From a virus (lineage: Duplodnaviria > Caudoviricetes): a DNA stretch of 58,039 nt. Both the position numbers and the translations under genes were made by a program. The notes beneath the pieces were generated by a model. The model was not told the origin of the DNA, did not search any database, and saw only the letters and a program-made list of their open reading frames with translations. Within the stretch, counting starts at the first letter, position 1; each line of letters begins with the position of its first letter. Shown piece after piece: positions 10,438 to 17,991 of the stretch. The stretch spans positions 1-58,039 of IMG/VR virus record IMGVR_UViG_3300042923_000383; one strand, 5' to 3'.

Positions 10438-10464
10438 TCTATAAAATTTAAGGAGAGATTTAAG

Positions 10465-10668
10465 ATGGCAACATATTTAGAAATAGATAAATTTTTAGAA
10501 GATAATAAATTAACAAGAGATGAATTTGATAAAATTGTAAGTCAAGTTCGTAAAGTTAATTGGAAATTAGATAAAATCCTAAAAGACTCAGGAAAGCATT
10601 GGAGCGAATTAAACTCACATCTTTTGCCACAAATTATTGATTTCTATATAGAAACTAGTGCATGTTAG
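10465..10668 (+). CDS. hypothetical protein
   Basis: AAGGAG SD. Confidence 0.6.
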   Translation: MATYLEIDKFLEDNKLTRDEFDKIVSQVRKVNWKLDKILKDSGKHWSELNSHLLPQIIDFYIETSAC

Positions 10669-10679
10669 GTAATTAAACT

Positions 10680-11258
10680 ATGAAAACACAGCAAACTTTA
10701 GAACTTGAAAAATTAATCTATAGCCATACGGTGAAAATGGGGACGTTCGGCTGCTTTGAAGTGTCAATTGGATGGTTTGGAAACGGTGGACGTGTAGACT
10801 ATATGACTTATGATACGAAAAATGTTATTAGGTGCTATGAAATTAAAGTTTCTAAGTCAGATTTTCATAGCAAAAACGGTCATAATTTCGTTGGTGATTT
10901 TAATTATTATGTTATGCCAATAGAGTTGTACGAGCAGGTAAAAGACGAAATACCAAAGGAAATAGGCGTATACACAAAACGAAGATCAGAATATGGATTT
11001 GATGATTTTGTGTGTATAAAAAAACCAAAACGTAATAAAGAGGTTGACAAGGAAAATTTAAAATCATACATGATACGGTCGTTATCACGCGATGTAGAAA
11101 AAGCAATAAATAGTCAAGATGTTGATTTATTGACTAGGCAAAGAACTCGTATTTCTAGACTAGAAAGAGATTTAACAACCGAAAAGAGTCGTCATAGTGA
11201 ATTTAGGAATAAGGTTTATTGCAAGTATGGGCGTGAAGCTTATAGAGAATTAGCATAA
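10680..11258 (+). CDS. PD-(D/E)XK-fold protein (MmcB-like)
   Basis: EV..RVD..CYEIKVSKSDF..NYYVMP. Confidence 0.7.
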   Translation: MKTQQTLELEKLIYSHTVKMGTFGCFEVSIGWFGNGGRVDYMTYDTKNVIRCYEIKVSKSDFHSKNGHNFVGDFNYYVMPIELYEQVKDEIPKEIGVYTKRRSEYGFDDFVCIKKPKRNKEVDKENLKSYMIRSLSRDVEKAINSQDVDLLTRQRTRISRLERDLTTEKSRHSEFRNKVYCKYGREAYRELA

Positions 11259-11271
11259 GGAGTGATTTAAA

Positions 11272-11526
11272 ATGATTAAAACAGAAGAAGAATACTGGAA
11301 TGAACGGTATAACCAAGAAGAGTTCCAAATGAAAATTTATTATCAAGATATCGGCTATCAAGCAACAAGACCAAGCACAATTTACAAACCAAATTTAACA
11401 ATTGACGGCAATATGTGGTGCGCGTTGTACGGTGACAATTTACAAGAAGGTGTCGCAGGATTCGGAAAATCACCAAGTAAGGCATATGAAGATTTTGATA
11501 AAAATTGGAATGAAGAATTGAAATAA
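11272..11526 (+). CDS. hypothetical protein
   Basis: AAGGAG SD; WCALYGDNLQEGVAGFG.SP motif. Confidence 0.7.
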   Translation: MIKTEEEYWNERYNQEEFQMKIYYQDIGYQATRPSTIYKPNLTIDGNMWCALYGDNLQEGVAGFGKSPSKAYEDFDKNWNEELK

Positions 11527-11567
11527 ATAAAAACGCAGGGGACATTCCCTGCAAAGGTGGCAATTAA

Positions 11568-11930
11568 ATGAGTAAAATTAATAGCAAGAACAAAGGCAAG
11601 CGGGGAGAATTATTGCTTGTAAAGGCATTAAAAGAACATGGATTCGATTGCAGACGTACACAGCAGTTTTGCGGTAAGGGTGGAGAATCAGCGGATGTGA
11701 TCGGATTGCCAAAAATACACATTGAATGTAAATTTGTTGAAAAGTTAAATATTTATGATGCGGTAAATCAAGCTAAAAGCGATTGTAGTACAGGTAATTT
11801 GCCAGCAGTATTCCATAAGCGGAGCAATTGCGAATGGCTTGTAACAATGCCGTTAGAATTTTGGATTGAGTTATATCGTGAGTATTATAGCGGATTATTA
11901 AATAACACAACATCGACAAAGGCGGTGTAA
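11568..11930 (+). CDS. Holliday junction resolvase-like PD-(D/E)XK nuclease
   Basis: NSKNKGKRGE..ADV..IHIECK. Confidence 0.8.
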   Translation: MSKINSKNKGKRGELLLVKALKEHGFDCRRTQQFCGKGGESADVIGLPKIHIECKFVEKLNIYDAVNQAKSDCSTGNLPAVFHKRSNCEWLVTMPLEFWIELYREYYSGLLNNTTSTKAV

Positions 11931-11932
11931 CC

Positions 11933-12868
11933 ATGGATTTCATGATAGTTGTTGGGTTAGTGCTATATTTTAGCTTTACGGTTGGAACAATAGCTAATTT
12001 TGTTATCAATCACAAAATAAAAAATATTAAACTTTTATATGCTTTTATTGCTCCGTTATGGGTGTTTTCTAGATATCCATATTGGATTGATATCATGGGG
12101 AGGAAATTAAAAAAAATGAATAACAAACTGCTAGAACAATTTAAAAAAGGTGAAGTAATATTATATACACCTACATTCGAAGATTTTAAGGCATTGATGG
12201 AATGGTGCGATACACAAAATATCAAATGGTGTGATGGTGATAAAGCAATGTATAATATGTCGATAATATTTGAAGCAAATAAAGATTTTACGCAAGGTGT
12301 AGAAAACAATACAGATGGAATGGTTTTTATCTCATCGAGTTATATTAGATTTAATAAAGCTACTTTTACAGCAAGCGACCTACAACAAGACAAACCAACA
12401 TTTACAAAAGACGATTTAAGGGTTGGGATGATTGTTGAAATGAGAGATGGCGATAAAGGTGTAGTACAAAAACAAATAATCGCAAGTATCGAGCAAGGAC
12501 ATTGTTATCAAATCAATAGTTATGACGTTAACTTGATACACCAATCGTTAACCGAAGATATGGACATAGCAAAAATCTACACAACCAACAACCTAATCGA
12601 AGTGCTGAACGGTAATTATGATTCGCTTGAGTTAGTGTGGGAACGTGATGCTTTTGATTGGAGTAAAGTCGAAGCAGATTCAAAAATATTAGTTAGTATG
12701 GACAATATAAAATGGGAAAGAAGGCATTTTGCAAAATATGAAAATGGTTTAATATATGCATGGCATAATGGATATACATCATTCACAGCACCTTTAGAAA
12801 ATTATTATGATTTTTTTAGTGCGTGGAAGTTCGCTAAACTCTACAAAGGAGACAACACTAGCATATGA
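11933..12868 (+). CDS. multi-module hypothetical protein (second in-frame start at 12116)
   Basis: N-terminal hydrophobic part; FTKDDLRVGMIVE and DWSKVE.D..ILV..RHFAKY modules. Confidence 0.65.
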   Translation: MDFMIVVGLVLYFSFTVGTIANFVINHKIKNIKLLYAFIAPLWVFSRYPYWIDIMGRKLKKMNNKLLEQFKKGEVILYTPTFEDFKALMEWCDTQNIKWCDGDKAMYNMSIIFEANKDFTQGVENNTDGMVFISSSYIRFNKATFTASDLQQDKPTFTKDDLRVGMIVEMRDGDKGVVQKQIIASIEQGHCYQINSYDVNLIHQSLTEDMDIAKIYTTNNLIEVLNGNYDSLELVWERDAFDWSKVEADSKILVSMDNIKWERRHFAKYENGLIYAWHNGYTSFTAPLENYYDFFSAWKFAKLYKGDNTSI

Positions 12869-13032
12869 AAAATAAACTAATATTATGCAAATCATGTGGC
12901 AACTGCAAATATCAAAATATATGTACAGAGGGCAAAGTAAGTAACGGTCAAACCTATAATAAGTTTGAATATTGCGATAAGTTTGCGGTAAAACGTGGGG
13001 AAATTGGGAAATTCGATTATTGAGGTGGTTGA

Positions 13033-13281
13033 ATGGATAATTTTACATTATTTTTAATAACAGCGATTGTACTACAATTCATTCTTATTTGGTATAAAAA
13101 TGGTGTTATAAAAACATTATCAACTGAAATAGATGAAAATAAAATTGAAATTAAAGAACAAATAAAAGAAAAACAATATTATTACAAATTAGCTAAGTAC
13201 CTATGGGATGAATATAGACCATATGAAATATTCCCTTCCAAATTTGCTAGAAATATTGATGAAATGAGTAAATGGAGCTGA
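13033..13281 (+). CDS. small membrane-anchored protein
   Basis: GAGGTG SD, N-terminal TM helix. Confidence 0.6.
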   Translation: MDNFTLFLITAIVLQFILIWYKNGVIKTLSTEIDENKIEIKEQIKEKQYYYKLAKYLWDEYRPYEIFPSKFARNIDEMSKWS

Positions 13282-13285
13282 TCGA

Positions 13286-13738
13286 ATGGCAATAAAAAAA
13301 GAGATAAAAGCATATGTTGAGTGTGAATTGCGTGATTATTTGCAGACAATACGCGATTTAGGCGAAGAACGGCAACAAATTATTTATAACTCACCTGCAT
13401 TTGATGATAGTGGTATTCGAGGTACAGATATTAGTAGGACGTGCGAGAAAAAGGCATTACAGTTAATTACTAGTAAGCGAATTAAACAAATAGAACGGAC
13501 AATAGCTGCTATACAATCGGTACTTAACGAACTAACAGAAGAGCAGTACAAGTTAGTAGTATTAAAATACTGGACTAAGCCACAAACCAGAACTGATGAA
13601 GGAATAGCCAAGGAATTAAACATTGATAAGAGAACCATGTATAGATGGACAAATGTGATTATATTGGCTGTCAGTATTGAATTAGGATTAGTTGATAATT
13701 TAGAATGTCAAAAACATGTCACTTTTAGGGGTGCGTAA
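13286..13738 (+). CDS. RinA/ArpU-family late transcriptional activator (copy 1)
   Basis: YVECELRDY N-terminus, C-terminal sigma-4-like HTH (IAKELNIDKRTMYRW); ends the early operon. Confidence 0.85.
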   Translation: MAIKKEIKAYVECELRDYLQTIRDLGEERQQIIYNSPAFDDSGIRGTDISRTCEKKALQLITSKRIKQIERTIAAIQSVLNELTEEQYKLVVLKYWTKPQTRTDEGIAKELNIDKRTMYRWTNVIILAVSIELGLVDNLECQKHVTFRGA

Positions 13739-13750
13739 TGTAATAAAATG
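13706..13750 (+). promoter_or_regulatory. putative activator-dependent late promoter
   Basis: TGTCA direct repeat with 11-bp period at the activator 3' end, then -10-like TAAAAT with no good -35. Confidence 0.5.
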
Positions 13751-13793
13751 ATAGTGTGAAGAGTTGTAGAAATACACTTTTAATACATTTGGA

Positions 13794-14236
13794 CATGCCA
13801 AGGCGTACCGGCAGAGTAGCATCTCATTAAAAAGCGGTTGGGCATGACAACGTTTTGCGCGTGTGGGGCAAACGTAATAATAGATTGGTTAAGCAGACAA
13901 TAACGAGGGTTAGAGAAGTAATCTGAACGTAAGTAGCTAAAAGCATTTACGAAGTGCAAAATACGAAATATAGGATGAAAATCCTGCCTAACCAATCTAA
14001 AATACAATATATCATTTATTATCAGACTTGAAGGGTAAGAGGCAACCGAAGGTAACGAGCGCGTGGCTCACGATTACCGCCTAAATGATATGGTTGCCTG
14101 CCGTGTACCAATGGAGTGCTCAGAGCTGAAAGGGTGGGGAAACGGCATAAAGAGAGACTTAGTAATAAGGTGGCTCAATTGAGAGACTGATTTACGGGTG
14201 GCTCAGATGCTTGGCGGTGATGCTTAAACCGCCAAC
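13794..14236 (+). ncRNA. array of structured RNA domains of unknown function
   Basis: Consecutive closing stems: CATGCC/GGCATG, TAGATTGGTTA/TAACCAATCTA, ATATCATTTA/TAAATGATAT, TGCCGT/ACGGCA, twin GAGAGACT..GGTGGCTC hairpins, TTGGCGGT/ACCGCCAA; GC-richer than flanks, no credible ORF. Confidence 0.65.
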
Positions 14237-14273
14237 TAAATAACGTTCTTATACTTGATAGGCATAAGGATAA

Positions 14274-14482
14274 TAGGGTGTGGCGTGAATAGGTAGACGC
14301 TAAATAATGGTCAAGGGATGGCTAACGCTCAAGCCTATGCTGGAAGACAGGTCGGGTAAATAGCCGGAAGATAGGGTTAGCCAATAAATTGCGTGAAAAT
14401 CATAAAACCATTTATCCTCTGTAAAGAGTGCCGACTAACGCGCAAATAATCTCATGTAAGGTGCAAATCCTTACCACTCTAA
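14274..14482 (+). ncRNA. tRNA-like RNA with ~150-nt structured insert
   Basis: Acceptor TAGGGTG/CACTCTA, Leu-type D arm GCGT-GAATAGGTAG-ACGC, T arm GTAAGG-TGCAAAT-CCTTAC; no anticodon arm. Confidence 0.7.
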
Positions 14483-14494
14483 CAACACAAAAAT

Positions 14495-14518
14495 CCGAAG
14501 CTAATAACTTCGGCTTTT
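14495..14518 (+). terminator. hairpin with short U-tract between the two tRNA-like elements
   Basis: CCGAAG/CTTCGG + CTTTT. Confidence 0.45.
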
Positions 14519-14525
14519 AAAAAAT

Positions 14526-14623
14526 ATGCAAGTGGCTGCACTGTGGGAAGTGCCAGGAACAAATTCCGAATTTAAACTATTTGGTGGAAACAGGAAAATT
14601 GGTTCGATTCCAACCGCTTGCAT
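14526..14623 (+). ncRNA. degenerate tRNA-like element
   Basis: ATGCAAGTGG/CCGCTTGCAT stem, T arm TTGG-TTCGATT-CCAA, GCAC/GTGC arm; no canonical anticodon arm. Confidence 0.55.
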
Positions 14624-14687
14624 CAAAACAAAAACATGTATGTTTGGATACATATAAATATAAATAAATTAAAGGATGTGCTTAACG

Positions 14688-14857
14688 TGAATACAGAAGA
14701 ATACAAACAAAAAGCAGAAGAACTGCAAAAAGCGTCTTTACCATTGCTAGGATTTTTAAATAAATATTATCATCCTCATGCTTACGCAATAGTAACAGAG
14801 GGTAGAGTTGAAATAATTAGCGGTGAAATGTCGACTGGTTTGCAGGTTTGTGATTAA
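14688..14857 (+). CDS. small hypothetical protein
   Basis: AAGGA SD + GTG; PL..FLNKYYHPH motif; start approximate. Confidence 0.55.
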
Positions 14858-14873
14858 ATAATAGAACAAACAA

Positions 14874-14898
14874 AAAGCACCCTATAATAGGGTGCTTT
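14874..14898. terminator. intrinsic terminator
   Basis: AAAGCACCCTA/TAGGGTGCTTT stem. Confidence 0.7.
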
Positions 14899-14911
14899 AA
14901 CTTTTAGGAGG

Positions 14912-15388
14912 ATGAAAATGTTAATAGCATTATGTATTTTGATATTGATGTACAACGTCAAGTATCTAGTAAACGGCATAGGGTTGTATAGAACATGCAA
15001 AGAGTACTTAATAAAGGCTACTGAGTTTAATATCGATAAAATAAATGGCGATTTTATGGGTAGAGAAGAAGAACAGAAAAACAGCGTAGATTTAGTAGTG
15101 ATTTTTATCTATTCGTTTACAATGATGGTTATCGAAACTGTATTGTTTACATATCTGTTTGATTATGATTTTTATAAATACCCGACAATCATATGCATCA
15201 TACTGACTTGGTTACCATTATTTAAAAAGTCGATAGCGCCAAAAAACAATGATCTGGATGGGCTGATTGTTTATAAGGCGAAACTAACATCAACGCTTAA
15301 TGACAAGCGTACTAAATACGGTACAATGTCAGCCGTAATACATACTGCTTACTATATTTATATATTGCAATTAATTAGCACCTTTTGA
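14912..15388 (+). CDS. membrane protein (moron-like)
   Basis: AGGAGG SD, 3-4 hydrophobic segments, flanked by two related AGCACC/GGTGCT hairpins. Confidence 0.65.
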   Translation: MKMLIALCILILMYNVKYLVNGIGLYRTCKEYLIKATEFNIDKINGDFMGREEEQKNSVDLVVIFIYSFTMMVIETVLFTYLFDYDFYKYPTIICIILTWLPLFKKSIAPKNNDLDGLIVYKAKLTSTLNDKRTKYGTMSAVIHTAYYIYILQLISTF

Positions 15389-15400
15389 TAGGTGCTTTTT
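15377..15400 (+). terminator. intrinsic terminator
   Basis: AGCACCT/AGGTGCT + T-tract. Confidence 0.7.
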
Positions 15401-15424
15401 AAATGCGTAGAAAGGAGACAAGTA

Positions 15425-15586
15425 ATGCAACACAGACAATGCAATGAATGCTTTCATTATGACAGCAAAAACGATAGATGCAAAAGCCAGTCGCCTTGCT
15501 TAAGATGCTCTGGATTTGACCCAATTAATGTATGCCATAGCGAGTTTAGTAAGCATGGTAAAAAAGAGATTGTTGGCAAGGTTTAG
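15425..15586 (+). CDS. small Cys-rich protein
   Basis: AAGGAG SD before ATG 15425. Confidence 0.55.
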   Translation: MQHRQCNECFHYDSKNDRCKSQSPCLRCSGFDPINVCHSEFSKHGKKEIVGKV

Positions 15587-15665
15587 GGTAAAGAAAAAGC
15601 CCCTATTAAGGACTTAATCGTAGAAATGTATTTAATTCAGCATTTTGTTGGCGTTAACAATATGG

Positions 15666-15866
15666 TTACATAGGATTATATGGGCATTTAGTAGGTCTTG
15701 GAACACATCTATCAATGGGGTTAATGAAGTAATCTGTTTGTTCGTTAGTTATAGTACAAAAACTTATTCCAAGCCTTAATTGCAATTCATTTCCACCATC
15801 AAAATAAATGCAATCAGCGCATGTTTTTGGCACATTTTTACGAATTGCTCCACGTTTAACACTCAT
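15666..15866 (-). CDS. small Cys-rich protein
   Basis: VPKTCADC..RPTKCP; overlaps 15863 ORF. Confidence 0.6.
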   Translation of the reverse strand: MSVKRGAIRKNVPKTCADCIYFDGGNELQLRLGISFCTITNEQTDYFINPIDRCVPRPTKCPYNPM

Positions 15867-16096
15867 ATTATAAAACCTTCTTTTGTTAGTTTTGTAAAGA
15901 TGACATTTAAAGAAAAAGCAGGGTATGTTTTAGAATTAATAGGATACTTTTTATATAAATTGTACCAGTATCTAGGTAGTGTATTAACGGTTTGCATATC
16001 TCCCAAATCCCATTGTTTCCCTTTTGATTCCATTTCTTGTTTACATTTATTTGCCATACCTTCAGCACATTTAGTGAGAATTTCTTGTTTAGTCAT
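15863..16096 (-). CDS. hypothetical protein
   Basis: AAGGAG SD and sigma-A promoter upstream on - strand. Confidence 0.7.
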   Translation of the reverse strand: MTKQEILTKCAEGMANKCKQEMESKGKQWDLGDMQTVNTLPRYWYNLYKKYPINSKTYPAFSLNVIFTKLTKEGFII

Positions 16097-16121
16097 CTTG
16101 ATCGCTCCTTTAATTTACCTG

Positions 16122-16203
16122 TTAAATATATTATATACAATTAACACGTATTTGTAAACATAAATATTGTAATAAGTGCAAATTAGTTGTATAATATATT
16201 TAA
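16122..16203. promoter_or_regulatory. divergent sigma-A promoter pair with inverted repeat
   Basis: - strand TTTACA-17-TATAAT; + strand TTGTAA-17-TATAAT; 14-bp inverted repeat TTAAATATATTATA/TATAATATATTTAA. Confidence 0.75.
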
Positions 16204-16216
16204 GGATGGTGATTGA

Positions 16217-16426
16217 ATGATAAAGATAAAATTATCCGACTTATTAGGAAAGAATAAAATGACTCAAAGAAAGTTATCGAAAGACACAGGCATACATCCA
16301 AGTATTATTGGTGCGTATTACCACGAAACAGTTTTACGCATGGATAAACGGCATATAGATGCGTTTTGCAAGGTGTTTAAGTGCGAGGTTGAGGATTTGA
16401 TTGAGCATAGGGAGGATGAGGAGTAA
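16217..16426 (+). CDS. XRE/Cro-type HTH regulator
   Basis: IKIKLSDLL..MTQRKLSKDTGI..CKVFKCEVEDLI. Confidence 0.9.
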   Translation: MIKIKLSDLLGKNKMTQRKLSKDTGIHPSIIGAYYHETVLRMDKRHIDAFCKVFKCEVEDLIEHREDEE

Positions 16427-16596
16427 TGGCAAAGTATAAGTTTTATGCATCGACTGGTTATGTAGGTGCTGAAAGAGAAGATATTGTAGAGTTACCAGAT
16501 GATTATACGGAAGAAGATATCCAAGAAGAATTTGATGCATGGTTAGGCAATAATGTTGAATTAACTTGGTATAAAATGGAGGGTAAAGAAGATTGA
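16426..16596 (+). CDS. small acidic protein (56 aa, not in ORF track)
   Basis: TAATG coupling, GGAGG SD; MAKYKFYASTGYVGAEREDIVELPDD. Confidence 0.65.
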   Translation: MAKYKFYASTGYVGAEREDIVELPDDYTEEDIQEEFDAWLGNNVELTWYKMEGKED

Positions 16597-16761
16597 CTAA
16601 AATATATAGAGAAGGTCAACCGTGTGAACATATAGGTTGCTTGTCACACAGAACTCATCCATGCGAAGGTTGCGGCAGAACTGAGGGAAGAGGAAATGTT
16701 ATTATAGATGATGCAGGGAACGTTAAACGGATGATAAACGATTACTGGAAGGTGAAATAAA

Positions 16762-17118
16762 ATGACTAATAATGAAATCATGAATATTCCGGCAGGGCGT
16801 GAACTTGACAGGGTGATTGCTGAAAAAGTATTTGGATATGAAACGCAAGAAGGCGGCAATTGGTGTAAATGCAAAGATAAAGAAGGTATCATTGAGTTAT
16901 TAAATTACAGCACAGATATGAACGATGCGATGGAATTAGCTAGACATTTTATAATACAAGGCAAGTTTATATTAAACTATCTTAAAAGTGCAGATCGTGG
17001 CAAAGGTTGGCACTGCAATATAAACGATCATCATGTACATGGATGCCAAACACCAGCAGGAGCGATTTGCAGAGCTGCGTTAGTTGCGGTGATGGGGGAT
17101 AGTGAACAACATGTCTAA
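16762..17118 (+). CDS. phage ABA-sandwich-like protein
   Basis: AGRELD..IAEKVFG..YSTDM.DA..AICRAAL. Confidence 0.75.
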   Translation: MTNNEIMNIPAGRELDRVIAEKVFGYETQEGGNWCKCKDKEGIIELLNYSTDMNDAMELARHFIIQGKFILNYLKSADRGKGWHCNINDHHVHGCQTPAGAICRAALVAVMGDSEQHV

Positions 17119-17284
17119 ATATTTTACATTTAAAGTTAAAGCCGAGGGTACTGTTATGCTGGGTATATATGCCGAGAATGAAGAAGATGCAAGAAATAAA
17201 ATTAATGATGGTAGCTGGACTAAAGAATTTGGCGAAGATATATCTTATGACACCGAAGGTGGCGAATTGATAAATATAGAATAG
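17102..17284 (+). CDS. hypothetical protein
   Basis: AENEEDA motif, operon context. Confidence 0.6.
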   Translation: MNNMSKYFTFKVKAEGTVMLGIYAENEEDARNKINDGSWTKEFGEDISYDTEGGELINIE

Positions 17285-17290
17285 TTAACT

Positions 17291-17315
17291 AAGTCACCTT
17301 AATGGTGGCTTTTTT
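17291..17315 (+). terminator. intrinsic terminator
   Basis: AAGTCACC/GGTGGCTT + T-tract. Confidence 0.7.
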
Positions 17316-17335
17316 ATTTGGAAGAAGGTGAATAT

Positions 17336-17545
17336 ATGCGTATCGGAACTAAAAAGTTTGCACTTAATATAGATATAAGAAAACATCCTGTTAAGTGGCA
17401 TGATGGAAAATATACGGTAATGATATGGCTAGATAGGTCAAACTGTATGCAATGGTGGACGTTTATACCGAGTAGTAAGCCGTATATGGGGTGGATGTGC
17501 TTTATTCGGAGAGAGTGGAGAAATTTAAGGTTGTTGGTTAGGTAA
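17336..17545 (+). CDS. hypothetical protein
   Basis: AAGGTG SD. Confidence 0.45.
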   Translation: MRIGTKKFALNIDIRKHPVKWHDGKYTVMIWLDRSNCMQWWTFIPSSKPYMGWMCFIRREWRNLRLLVR

Positions 17546-17769
17546 ATAAAAAGAAAGAAGGTTGCTATATGCGTAATCAGCAAGAATGTAATATCATGAC
17601 GATTATACAAAAACATAGAGATAGAGGAGATTCGTTTGTTGAAGAAATTAGAGAGTTATTTGCAGATGAGGATAGAGACAACATTCAAAAGTTAGAAAGT
17701 AAAAGGGATATACTTAAATTAAAAATTGAAATAGCCGAACTAGAAAAATAATTAGGTAAATAAAAAGAG

Positions 17770-17991
17770 CTACTTTGCGGTAGCCCTTAGGTGTTGGATG
17801 TATTCTTTGATTTTTAAATCCTCTTCGGGAGTTACATAGTAATTATGTTTGCTTCTGCCAGTAGATTTGCGACCTTGCCCTCTACCAGCACCACCTTGAC
17901 CAACAGGGTTGTTTCGGCAATCTAAGCCGTAGTTAACGAGTGAGCAGGTTTCGCAATCACCGTTGTTTTGAGTGCAATATTGCTTAATCAT
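17770..17991 (-). CDS. small DNA-binding protein
   Basis: Cys cluster then GGAGRGQGRK and VTPEE..KIKEYI (RHH-like tail). Confidence 0.7.
   Translation of the reverse strand: MIKQYCTQNNGDCETCSLVNYGLDCRNNPVGQGGAGRGQGRKSTGRSKHNYYVTPEEDLKIKEYIQHLRATAK

Noticed and set aside
13810-13840. preQ1-I riboswitch-like hairpin with A-rich tail
   Set aside because: Loop consensus does not fit and there is no downstream gene to regulate; kept only as part of the RNA array.
13780-14007. 75-aa minus-strand ORF over the ncRNA array
   Set aside because: No SD, atypical composition, antisense to the structured elements.
14152-14204. CRISPR mini-array
   Set aside because: Only two 24-25 nt units with a 4-nt gap, variable in the middle; no spacer architecture and no cas genes.
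14274-14482. Canonical tRNA-Leu or a tRNA with a group I intron
   Set aside because: No anticodon stem-loop can be rebuilt and the insert lacks P7 R/S sequences.
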